Shown: positions 37,445 through 45,033 of the stretch, in pieces
Layout: each line of letters begins with the position of its first letter
Position numbering within the stretch: the stretch's first letter is position 1
Assembly (NCBI GenBank): GCA_037131245.1
Contig: JBAXRK010000001.1
Location: 152,385 to 216,384 of the forward strand
DNA: 64,000 nt
Direction: 5' to 3'
DNA from: Candidatus Omnitrophota bacterium
GTDB taxonomy: Bacteria; Omnitrophota; Gorgyraeia; Zapsychrales; Fredricksoniimonadaceae
Translations under genes and position numbers: made by a program
The notes under the pieces: model-generated
Told to the model about the DNA's origin: nothing
The model's input: the letters and a program-made list of their open reading frames with translations, nothing else
The model's database searches: none

Positions 37445-37888
37445 TTATCCCCCCGGCCGGACTCCCACCCGACCGTACACCAGCGTCTGTTGCCCGCCGC
37501 GCTCCACCGTGAACGTCACCCGTTCATCGATCCCTGTTGTCTGGACCAGATATTGAAACTGATCCTGTCCTGTCACGCTGGTCCCATTCCAGCGCTGCAG
37601 CACATCCCCTTCCTGAAGCCCAGCTTCCTCTGCCGGCGAACCGTTAAATATCCTGGATACCACTATGCCGCTGGCCGCGACCAGGTCATATTGCCGACGA
37701 AGTTCCGGTGTGAGCTCGATGGTCTCTACCCCCAGCCACACCCGGGGATCCACTGTCTTAAACCTGAAATTCCAGCCCTCGGCAAAAACCAATACGATAT
37801 AAATCAGCGCGATCAGAAGCAACCCCGCCACCATCGCCATGGACGACCCGCTGGGACCTTCTTTTAATGGGCGCGTGGTTGTGATCAT
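37445..37888 (-). CDS. Membrane-anchored single-PDZ protein
   Basis: Start moved to ATG 37888, which overlaps the upstream TGA (ATGA). TM MAMVAGLLLIALIYIVLVF. PDZ WLGVETIELTPELRRQYDL...SPAEEAGLQEGDVLQRWNG. Confidence 0.7.
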   Translation of the reverse strand: MITTTRPLKEGPSGSSMAMVAGLLLIALIYIVLVFAEGWNFRFKTVDPRVWLGVETIELTPELRRQYDLVAASGIVVSRIFNGSPAEEAGLQEGDVLQRWNGTSVTGQDQFQYLVQTTGIDERVTFTVERGGQQTLVYGRVGVRPGG

Positions 37889-38715
37889 TTGCTCCCCTTT
37901 GTGCCAACTCTGATCTTCACACTGTCGCACTTTACGCAATTAAAACACCGCACGCACACCGAACTTCCGGGATCATCGCTGATATTGATATCAACTGGAC
38001 AGTCCTGCCGACACTCCTGGCAATCCTTGCACTTCTTCGGGTCAACATCGAGCTGAACTAGGCTGTGACGGTTAAAGAATCCGAAGATCGCGCCCATCGG
38101 ACAAACCAGCTTGCAGAAAGGCCGTTTAGCAAAAACAAAGTAGGCGACGAACAAAGCCGCGATAAAGATCTTAAGAACAAATAACCAACCCAGTTTTTGG
38201 ATCGACACCGCCGGCTCACCGTACACCGGAATGGTCGGGTTCCAGATCACCCACGGCACTGCCGCTTGAATGGTCCCCATCGGGCAGAGCTTGGAGAACA
38301 TCGTTTCCTGCATAATGAACGGCAGCAGAATGACCAGAAGTCCCAGGATCAAATATCGAAGTCCGGCAAGTTTCAGCGGGATGCGGACCTTGAAGGTCTT
38401 GATCTTATAGAGCAGATCCTGAAGCAACCCGAACGGGCAAAGCCAACCGCAAGCCAAACTCCCCACCGTGATGCCGATCGCTGTCAAATACCCCGCCAGC
38501 AGATACGGGAATTTATGCATGGTCATGTAATGCTGAATGGTCCCGATAGGACATGAAAAAAATGCTGACGGGCAGCTATGGCAATTGAGGAACGGAACAC
38601 AGGAGCTCTTAAGCTCGCCCTGATAAACCTGCTTGGTCTTGAAGAACCCCAGATAAGCGTTCGTGACCACTAGCGTGATCCATTGCACCGCCTCTCTTAT
38701 TCTCTGCAAATCCAT
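37885..38715 (-). CDS. Membrane polyferredoxin, NapH/MauN-like 4Fe-4S protein (Mad6-like, tentative)
   Basis: Start moved to MDLQRIRE (ATG 38715, GGAG 7 nt upstream). CHSCPSAFFSCPIG, CGWLCPFG, CPMG, CKDCQECRQDCP, CVRCFNCVKC. Confidence 0.75.
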   Translation of the reverse strand: MDLQRIREAVQWITLVVTNAYLGFFKTKQVYQGELKSSCVPFLNCHSCPSAFFSCPIGTIQHYMTMHKFPYLLAGYLTAIGITVGSLACGWLCPFGLLQDLLYKIKTFKVRIPLKLAGLRYLILGLLVILLPFIMQETMFSKLCPMGTIQAAVPWVIWNPTIPVYGEPAVSIQKLGWLFVLKIFIAALFVAYFVFAKRPFCKLVCPMGAIFGFFNRHSLVQLDVDPKKCKDCQECRQDCPVDINISDDPGSSVCVRCFNCVKCDSVKIRVGTKGSK

Positions 38716-38719
38716 GGGA

Positions 38720-38851
38720 CTACTCCAATCCGATGCACGCCATGCACATGGTCGCGCCGTTATTCTGGGTTTCCAGCGCGTCATTCGCGCTGTCACCAAG
38801 CAGAAATAAAATAAATACCACGAACAAAACGATGATGACTTTCTTGTTCAT
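38720..38851 (-). CDS. Small membrane peptide (43 aa) with C-terminal CMAC, below ORF-track cutoff as an ATG-started unit
   Basis: MNKKVIIVLFVVFILFLLGDSANDALETQNNGATMCMACIGLE. Its ATG overlaps the upstream TGA (ATGA at 38848..38851). Its last codons supply the RBS of the next gene. Confidence 0.55.
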   Translation of the reverse strand: MNKKVIIVLFVVFILFLLGDSANDALETQNNGATMCMACIGLE

Positions 38852-39201
38852 TGGGCCTCGATCCAGGTCATGTTCTCTTTGCAGCGCGGGCATACCGGAA
38901 ATCCGGTCTTGCCGCAGGCCGGACACACAAAATTCCCGATGAACCCATTCCAGAACATCGCCACTTTACAGGTCGGGCAAAGAGGGACGCCTTTTTCCCC
39001 GCACCTCGGGCAAACCGCGCTCACATTGTGCTGGATGACTTTCATCACCACATTGCTTTTCACCAGCCCCCGCGCCGATAATGACTTGAACTTCCCTACT
39101 GAATAAGCGATGAACACAAAAACAAAAATAGCGAACAGCGCCCCCACGATCATCAGGCGGCTGCGGTCCTCATCGGCAATCTCGCGCATTTGGCCGGCCA
39201 T
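38848..39201 (-). CDS. Membrane-anchored double zinc-ribbon protein
   Basis: Start moved to ATG 39201 (TGATG overlap with the upstream stop). TM MIVGALFAIFVFVFIAY. CPRC-x7-CPTC and CPAC-x7-CPRC. Confidence 0.65.
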   Translation of the reverse strand: MAGQMREIADEDRSRLMIVGALFAIFVFVFIAYSVGKFKSLSARGLVKSNVVMKVIQHNVSAVCPRCGEKGVPLCPTCKVAMFWNGFIGNFVCPACGKTGFPVCPRCKENMTWIEAQ

Positions 39202-39908
39202 CAAAACACTCTCACTTTCGGCTTCACGCCACCGGCCGCGACCATCGGCGCGGCCACTGCCACCACTTCGTGCATCGCGCCGCCGCATTTCGGGCATTGC
39301 GCCGGCATGATCCCGTCAGCCGCTGTTTCAGAAATACGATAATCACAATCAAAGCAGATATAGAACTTGCCCTGAACGATACGGCCCAAATTCGCCTGCG
39401 TGTCAAAAGTCGCGCAAGCCACCGGCTTTTTACTCCCGGTGATCCCGAAATGCGCCGGAACATTCTCGGCGGTTAATTTCGTCAGTCCATCCGGAAAATC
39501 ATTGAGCGCCTGCCAGGCTGAGCCATGAACACCGGTATAAACCTCGATACGCGCCTGGTCAAAAACCCGGAATGGCTCAAACCCGACATTATTCCCCAGG
39601 ACCGCGTCGACCTTCATTCCGGCTATCATCTGGGCGCTGCGTAACCCGGCGGCATGCTGAGCATCCAAATATTTATTCGGTACCGCTTTATATGTTTTCT
39701 TGGCACGGTCGCAAATGATGTAGTAGGGCGCCCGGCCGAACAGATACGACACGGGACTATTGATGTCCGGTCCCGTTGCCGCGATGGCCACGATCACCGC
39801 TTTGCGTCTGCTTAAGATCACCGGATTGTCGTTCTCATAGAACGCCTGCCCGACCACCAGCGTGACGGCCGCAAAAAAAATCATTAAGAAGATCATTTCC
39901 CGGCGCAT
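39201..39908 (-). CDS. NifX/NafY-like (FeMo-cofactor-carrier fold) domain protein with C-terminal zinc ribbon
   Basis: Signal/TM. IVAIAATGPDINSPVSYLFGRAPYYIICD...VDAVLGNNVGFEPFRVFDQARIEVY. CFDC...CPKC. Confidence 0.75.
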   Translation of the reverse strand: MRREMIFLMIFFAAVTLVVGQAFYENDNPVILSRRKAVIVAIAATGPDINSPVSYLFGRAPYYIICDRAKKTYKAVPNKYLDAQHAAGLRSAQMIAGMKVDAVLGNNVGFEPFRVFDQARIEVYTGVHGSAWQALNDFPDGLTKLTAENVPAHFGITGSKKPVACATFDTQANLGRIVQGKFYICFDCDYRISETAADGIMPAQCPKCGGAMHEVVAVAAPMVAAGGVKPKVRVF

Positions 39909-40340
39909 TTATTTCGTATTCTCCTGGTCCACATGGATCTTTTTGTAATAATCGCACTTCACACAGGACTCTTTACAGTAGATCTTCTGATGACTCAAAT
40001 GCTCACGCAACGTGTAACATTTCTTGGTATCCGAAAGGAACACCACGCAGACTTTGCAATTATGGCTCTCTTTCTTTTTTGATCCCTGATGATATTCCCA
40101 GCAGCGCAGGAAATCATTCTCCATGCCCACCAGCTCCTCAGAGCGAAACGCATTGAGTCCGATCTTGTAGGTCTTAATAAAAGCGATCAGGTCCCCGCGA
40201 TGAATGCGCCGATGGCCCCCGGGTGTGCGGGTGGTCTTGAGCATTCCCTTTTTCGTCCAGTTAATGACGGAAAATCGCGTAACGTTACAGACCTTAGCCG
40301 CCTCGACCGTAGAGAAATACTCTTTCATTGTCTCCCCCAT
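39909..40340 (-). CDS. Excisionase/MerR-type HTH regulator with Cys/His-rich C-terminal domain
   Basis: YFSTVEAAKVCNVTRFSVINWTKKGMLKTTRTPGGHRRI. C-terminus CWEYHQG...HNCKVC...C...CKESCVKC. Confidence 0.7.
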   Translation of the reverse strand: MGETMKEYFSTVEAAKVCNVTRFSVINWTKKGMLKTTRTPGGHRRIHRGDLIAFIKTYKIGLNAFRSEELVGMENDFLRCWEYHQGSKKKESHNCKVCVVFLSDTKKCYTLREHLSHQKIYCKESCVKCDYYKKIHVDQENTK

Positions 40341-40389
40341 AGCTCGTTATACATATTTCACTTATTCTACTTATTCAACATTTGAAGGT
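40341..40389 (-). promoter_or_regulatory. Candidate promoter region with tandem direct repeat ACTTATTC x2 (40360..40376)
   Basis: Minus strand reads TTGAATaagtagaataagtgaaaTATGTA, with GAATAAGT repeated in the spacer. AT-rich gap directly after a terminator. Confidence 0.35.
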
Positions 40390-40420
40390 AAAAAAATGCC
40401 ACGAATCCCGTTCGTGGCAT
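40389..40420 (-). terminator. Rho-independent terminator ending the upstream mam-like transcription unit
   Basis: Minus strand reads ATGCCACGAA-CGGGA-TTCGTGGCAT followed by TTTTTT. 10-bp perfect stem, 7 nt after the stop at 40427. Confidence 0.8.
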
Positions 40421-40426
40421 GCGTTC

Positions 40427-41029
40427 CTATTTCGGCGTCGGAATTGGTAAAAACCCTTCCATCTCCCCTTCGCCGACGAAAATGATCCCCTTCTTCTTGC
40501 TCGCGCCGCGCAAGTAAGTGAACTTGTAATCCTTCTCCGGCGGAAGTGCCGCCAGGTCGGTTTTAAACTGCTCGAAGCCCTCGATCGACTTATCATTAAA
40601 AGAAAGAAGAATATCACCCGCGACCAGCCCCGCTTTATCCGCCCAGGAGCTGCCCATGACGCCCGTGATCTTCACTTTGCCGCCGGCCACTTCGATGGCT
40701 TCTACGCCCATGATCTTAACCAGCTCGGGTGCATTCTGACCCTGAGCGATCACCGTTGTTCCCGTCACGGCTGCCGCCATAGCCCCGGCCTGAAGCGTCG
40801 CGACCGGCTGATAAGCACCGGCACCCGCTGGAATTGGACAGCCGGGCGTGAACGCCACGTGCTGCTGGGCCTGCTCGACAGGATCCTTATCCCCGAACAT
40901 GTCCGCGGTCTTGATCTCGTGGAAAGCGCCAAGTGCGGCGTCCTGCACCGGATTGCTGGTGAACGCGGTGATCAAAAGAACCACCAGGAAACCAATGCCG
41001 CAGAGGATGATAATGTTTTCTTTGGTCAT
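40427..41029 (-). CDS. Membrane-anchored single-PDZ protein
   Basis: TM IIILCGIGFLVVLLITAF. PDZ IMGVEAIEVAGGKVKITGVMGSSWADKAGLVAGDILLSFND. Confidence 0.7.
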   Translation of the reverse strand: MTKENIIILCGIGFLVVLLITAFTSNPVQDAALGAFHEIKTADMFGDKDPVEQAQQHVAFTPGCPIPAGAGAYQPVATLQAGAMAAAVTGTTVIAQGQNAPELVKIMGVEAIEVAGGKVKITGVMGSSWADKAGLVAGDILLSFNDKSIEGFEQFKTDLAALPPEKDYKFTYLRGASKKKGIIFVGEGEMEGFLPIPTPK

Positions 41030-41044
41030 TCTTTCACCTGAGAA

Positions 41045-41224
41045 TTAGGCCGCCTGAGCGTCCGGTCTACCCAATAAGAAATACAACACCGCGCCGATCG
41101 CCGGGACGGAGAGGATCACGACCGCCCACAAGATCTTCTTCACTAACGATGTCCTCAACTTTAACAGATCAACAATGGCCACCACATCGATCACAACAAT
41201 AAGTCCGAAAATTAATGTTTCCAT
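41045..41224 (-). CDS. Small two-TM protein of PLD-nuclease-N-terminal (PLDc_N) type
   Basis: I prefer the start METLIFGL (ATG 41224), preceded by a G-run and AGCTTC. ...ILWAVVILSVPAIGAVLYFLLGRP is the family signature. Confidence 0.6.
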   Translation of the reverse strand: METLIFGLIVVIDVVAIVDLLKLRTSLVKKILWAVVILSVPAIGAVLYFLLGRPDAQAA

Positions 41225-41230
41225 GAAGCT

Positions 41231-41241
41231 CCCCCCCCCCC
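41231..41241 (-). repeat. Homopolymer tract (11 G on the coding strand) serving as or overlapping the RBS of the small PLDc_N-type gene
   Basis: The plus strand shows 11 consecutive C, 6 nt upstream of the ATG at 41224. Confidence 0.85.
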
Positions 41242-41268
41242 GTTTTGTACTGTTTATTACCATTCTAG

Positions 41269-41316
41269 GTCTCAAAGGTCTGTCCTTTGAAAAACCCATG
41301 TAAGTCTCAAAAGTCT
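41269..41316. promoter_or_regulatory. Direct repeat GTCTCAAARGTCT x2 in the 89-nt gap (candidate operator / internal promoter)
   Basis: 41269..41281 gtctcaaaggtct and 41304..41316 gtctcaaaagtct. The minus strand also offers TTCAAA-18 nt-TAGAAT overlapping the first copy. Confidence 0.4.
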
Positions 41317-41330
41317 CGTAACCCCCATGC

Positions 41331-42359
41331 TCAAACTAAAAACAATTTCACTGCCAAAACGATCAGGATCACCACGAACAAATACAGCGTCATCTTCGCG
41401 TTAAGCTTCGGCGCGATGCGCGCCCCGACCTGGGCACCCACGATAACGCCAATGCCCATCCAGAGCGCCTCGGCATAACAAATATTGCCCAGGAACACGT
41501 GCGGCGCGAGCGCAATGGCGCACGTCAGCAAGGTCACAAAGTGGCTGGTCGCGGTGGCAATATGCGACGGATAACGGAGTAAAAAGATCAATATCGGAAC
41601 CTGGAAAACACCGCCGCCGATACCCAGAAAACCGCAAAAGAACCCCAGCGCCAGGTTAAGCGCCACGCCCATTTTATCGTTCGAATAATAATCGTACTTG
41701 ATACCGAACGCGTCCATGAATTTCACATGGCGAAAACCCGCGGCCTTGGCTTCCTTCAATAATGTTTTTTCCTGCGCCGCGCTCTTGTCCAGCCGGCCGA
41801 TGCTGAAGATCGTATAGAACGCCAGGAAGATCAAAAAGATGCCGAAAATAATATTAAAGAAAGACAAATTGATCAAATGGTGCGTAAAGCTCGAGATGAG
41901 CGCGCCCGGCATAGCCGCGAGCGTAAACTTCAAGCCGCCTTTATAATCGATGCGCTTCTGCATCGAATAGCCTAAGCAACCGGAACCCGCGTTCAAAAAA
42001 ACAATGAACAATGATGTCGCCACCAGCAATTCATTTTCCCAACCATAAAAGAAAACCAGCAAGGGAAGAATGATGGGGCCCCCGCCGATACCGACGATGG
42101 TGCCGTAACAGCCGATCGCAAATCCGGTGAAGAGCAACAGCCACCAGGCCGGAAGGTCGGCCGGAACTGCCGCCGCACCCGGAGCCGCAAGGGGCTGCAC
42201 GCCCGCCAAAGCCGCCTGCATGGTCGTTACTGTCTGCGGACCGGCATGATTGGAAGAAGAGAACATCGCGATAATGATCACGATCATCAACGCGATCGCC
42301 ACCCCGATCTTGGCATAGCTCTTCCAGTCGTATGTCATTTCATCGTTCATGTGGAACAT
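41331..42359 (-). CDS. TauE/SafE-family membrane protein (stand-alone equivalent of the MamO C-terminal domain)
   Basis: Two-fold repeated 4-TM units with GTIVGIGGGPIILPLL and FLGIGGGVFQVPIL motifs. 342 aa. Confidence 0.8.
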   Translation of the reverse strand: MFHMNDEMTYDWKSYAKIGVAIALMIVIIIAMFSSSNHAGPQTVTTMQAALAGVQPLAAPGAAAVPADLPAWWLLLFTGFAIGCYGTIVGIGGGPIILPLLVFFYGWENELLVATSLFIVFLNAGSGCLGYSMQKRIDYKGGLKFTLAAMPGALISSFTHHLINLSFFNIIFGIFLIFLAFYTIFSIGRLDKSAAQEKTLLKEAKAAGFRHVKFMDAFGIKYDYYSNDKMGVALNLALGFFCGFLGIGGGVFQVPILIFLLRYPSHIATATSHFVTLLTCAIALAPHVFLGNICYAEALWMGIGVIVGAQVGARIAPKLNAKMTLYLFVVILIVLAVKLFLV

Positions 42360-42377
42360 GATATAAAGTCCCCTTTT

Positions 42378-44180
42378 TTAAGGTAATAAGCTTAAAAAAA
42401 TAATATAGAACGTCGAAAGCACAAGAAAAATGATAGCGACCGGGATCCCCCGCCGGCCGTAGCTGGCAAAGGTAAGCCCTTCCTTATTCTTGAGGTCTTT
42501 CCCCATTTCTTCAACCAGCGTCTGCGAAACGATCCCCGCGCTCGCGCCTGAAATACACGCGCACGCACCGGCAATAGAGCCCAGGTTCAGCGCCCACCAC
42601 ACGACATCGGTAAAATCCGCGAACCCCGAATGCAGGACGATCGGCACCAGGAAAGCCGTGGCCGGACCAGCGTTCATGAGCGCGGTAAAGATCGCCATGG
42701 TGAACATCAGCAGGATCGGATAAAGGATCTTGTTGCCCATCGACATCGTCACCAGCGCATCAGAAACCACTTTAAGCATCCCGGAATACAGCGCGCCGCC
42801 GACGATCAAAAAGAGCGCGATAAAGAACAGCATGTCAGTGAGGCTGATCCGCTTGATCACATCCTTGGCCTTATGGTTCTCGATGGCCAGAAGCAGGAAG
42901 CCGCCGCCCAGCGCGATCGGCGCCAGATGGACCTTGAAGAACGGCAGGACCAGGAACGCCACCAGAACCGCGCCCAGAATAATAAGCACCCGCTTGATCC
43001 GGGGCCAATCCATGTGCATCTCTTCAAGCTCGCCCTCAACCTTGGCCAGGAATTCTTTTTCCAGCTTGGCGGAATGATGCTTCTGATTATGACGGAACTC
43101 GGTATACCACATATACCAGAGAAAGACGCCCAGGAAGATCGCGCACATCGGGCCCATCACGATCAAGAAATCAATAAAGGTCAGGCCCGCGGCGGACGCC
43201 ATGAGCATATTGGAGAAGTCCCCGACCGGCGTCATATTCCCGCCGATGACGGACGAAATAAGCTCGGCCACGATCACAGGGATAGGGTCGAAATTGAGCC
43301 CGCGCGCGATATAGATCGTGATCGGGATAACAACCAGAATGATCGAAATGTTGTTCACAAAAGATGACGACAAGGCGGTCACCACGCACAGCGCAAAGAC
43401 CACTTCGATCGTTTTGGCCCGGAACATCACCACGATCTTTTTCGCGCTGTATTCAAAGACGCGCAGGTCATCAAGGAATATCGCAAAGATGCTCATGCCC
43501 ATAAAGATGAAGATGGGGCTCATGTGGATGGCATCGAACGCTTCGGTTTGATTGTAAAAACCGAATGCCGTGCCGGCCAGCAGCATTAATACCGCGCCCA
43601 GCACCACACAGACCGTGCGATTGAAGAGATTAAGGAAAAGCATACCGAAGGTGATCGCCACAATGACCAGCACGACCAGGATATTTCGTCCGCTGGTGCC
43701 AAACAGGTCGACCCCGGCATTAAGCGGCAATTTCTCGCTCATCGTGAGCTTCATGCCGTTACGGGAGATCACGAACGACACCTTATCCCCCGGCTTGTTC
43801 TGCGACATCAGGAAAGATAAATGCGACGCCGACTGGATATCGATATTGTTATACTTGAGGATCACGTCCCCGCGGCGGATATCAATAAGGCGCCGGGCAT
43901 TACCTTTAGGAACATTATTGACCAGCACGCCCGCCACGATCGGCAAATTGAACTCTTTGGCGATAACCGGATTGACCGTCACGCCGTCAAACTCGATGGC
44001 ATTCGACCCGCCCGCCTGCGCCAGACGCGGCTGGCCGTGCGTGGGCATGGTGCGGCTGTCCATGAACAACGCTGTCAGCACAATGACCACAATGATAGCG
44101 ATCGCCGCTTCCATAAAAGGGAAGCTTTTAACGTGCTTGAGGTTGTCTTCCTGAATGGTCCTTCTGATATTTAACGCCAT
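42378..44180 (-). CDS. N-terminal TM + PDZ fused to an ArsB/NhaD-superfamily permease (MamN-like)
   Basis: PDZ FDGVTVNPVIAKEFNLPIVAGVLVNNVPKG...GDVILKYNN, then ~10-12 TM helices with a central soluble loop. 600 aa. Confidence 0.75.
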   Translation of the reverse strand: MALNIRRTIQEDNLKHVKSFPFMEAAIAIIVVIVLTALFMDSRTMPTHGQPRLAQAGGSNAIEFDGVTVNPVIAKEFNLPIVAGVLVNNVPKGNARRLIDIRRGDVILKYNNIDIQSASHLSFLMSQNKPGDKVSFVISRNGMKLTMSEKLPLNAGVDLFGTSGRNILVVLVIVAITFGMLFLNLFNRTVCVVLGAVLMLLAGTAFGFYNQTEAFDAIHMSPIFIFMGMSIFAIFLDDLRVFEYSAKKIVVMFRAKTIEVVFALCVVTALSSSFVNNISIILVVIPITIYIARGLNFDPIPVIVAELISSVIGGNMTPVGDFSNMLMASAAGLTFIDFLIVMGPMCAIFLGVFLWYMWYTEFRHNQKHHSAKLEKEFLAKVEGELEEMHMDWPRIKRVLIILGAVLVAFLVLPFFKVHLAPIALGGGFLLLAIENHKAKDVIKRISLTDMLFFIALFLIVGGALYSGMLKVVSDALVTMSMGNKILYPILLMFTMAIFTALMNAGPATAFLVPIVLHSGFADFTDVVWWALNLGSIAGACACISGASAGIVSQTLVEEMGKDLKNKEGLTFASYGRRGIPVAIIFLVLSTFYIIFLSLLP

Positions 44181-44195
44181 GAGACTCGTCCTTGT

Positions 44196-45017
44196 TTACT
44201 TTGCCGCGTTGACTTTTACGTTATCCATCGGGCCGGTGGGCATGGGTTCATTCTGCTGCTCCACCTGCTCGCGGTTACCGGCATTCGACAAACCGGGCTC
44301 GCGATAATCGATCGTGGCGTTCTTATCAAGATCCCCGTCGACCACCGCGTAATGGAACATGTTCTCGCGATAGCCGAAGACATAAGCATAAATACAACCC
44401 GGGATCTCTTTAACAGCAGCGTGGAAAATACTCGCCGCTTTGTTATATTCCATGCGGCTATCCGCAATACGGTTTTCGCTAATGATCAACGCGTTCATCA
44501 GGTCCTGGAAATTCGCGCTGAGCTTGAGGTCCGGATAGGCTTCGGCGACCGCGAGCAATTTGGTCATCGCGCTCTTGAACAGCTCGGGCTTGACCTTGTC
44601 GAAATCAGCGATACCGTTGGCCTTGAGCGCCTCAAGGACCATTTCCGACTTGCCCGAATTACCCGCGCGGGAATCAGCCATATATTTATACATCATCCGC
44701 TCATGCTCGGCATAAGCCAGCACCATGCGCGCCAGATTCGACGCCAGGTTACGCCGGCGCTGCAACTGCACCTCGATCTGATGCTGCTCCATGTCGGTAA
44801 AACGCGACAGGTTAACGAACTTATTGTAGTAATAGATGCCGGGCAGAATGATCACGACCGCGATCACGATCCCCCACACGCCCTCTTTGGTTTGCAGGTT
44901 ATTAAAGTCGATCTTCTCCCACCAATGCTTGCCGACGGGCCGCAGCTCGCCCAGCTCGCTGGGGAAAAGTTTTTTCATTGATTCGGATATCATGCTCATG
45001 ACTTCGATCTCCTGCAA
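44196..45017 (-). CDS. mamQ: LemA-family protein (MamQ-like)
   Basis: Single TM WGIVIAVVIILPGIYYY. QLQRRRNLASNLARMV, AYPDLKLSANFQDLMNALIISENRIADSRMEYNKAASIFHAAVKEIPG. Confidence 0.8.
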   Translation of the reverse strand: MQEIEVMSMISESMKKLFPSELGELRPVGKHWWEKIDFNNLQTKEGVWGIVIAVVIILPGIYYYNKFVNLSRFTDMEQHQIEVQLQRRRNLASNLARMVLAYAEHERMMYKYMADSRAGNSGKSEMVLEALKANGIADFDKVKPELFKSAMTKLLAVAEAYPDLKLSANFQDLMNALIISENRIADSRMEYNKAASIFHAAVKEIPGCIYAYVFGYRENMFHYAVVDGDLDKNATIDYREPGLSNAGNREQVEQQNEPMPTGPMDNVKVNAAK

Positions 45018-45033
45018 AACAAGTTAATAGCGC

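Noticed and set aside
38848-39297. Over-long N-terminal extensions in the ORF track (38848..39297, 37885..38799, 37445..37939, 35817..36842, 32915..34048, 28571..30034, 41045..41299, 62351..63205, 8273..8968)
   Set aside because: The extensions overlap the preceding gene by 40-130 nt and encode Arg/Gly-rich junk. Internal ATG or GTG codons that overlap the upstream stop or follow a good RBS give products beginning with a signal peptide, a TM helix or a conserved N-terminus.
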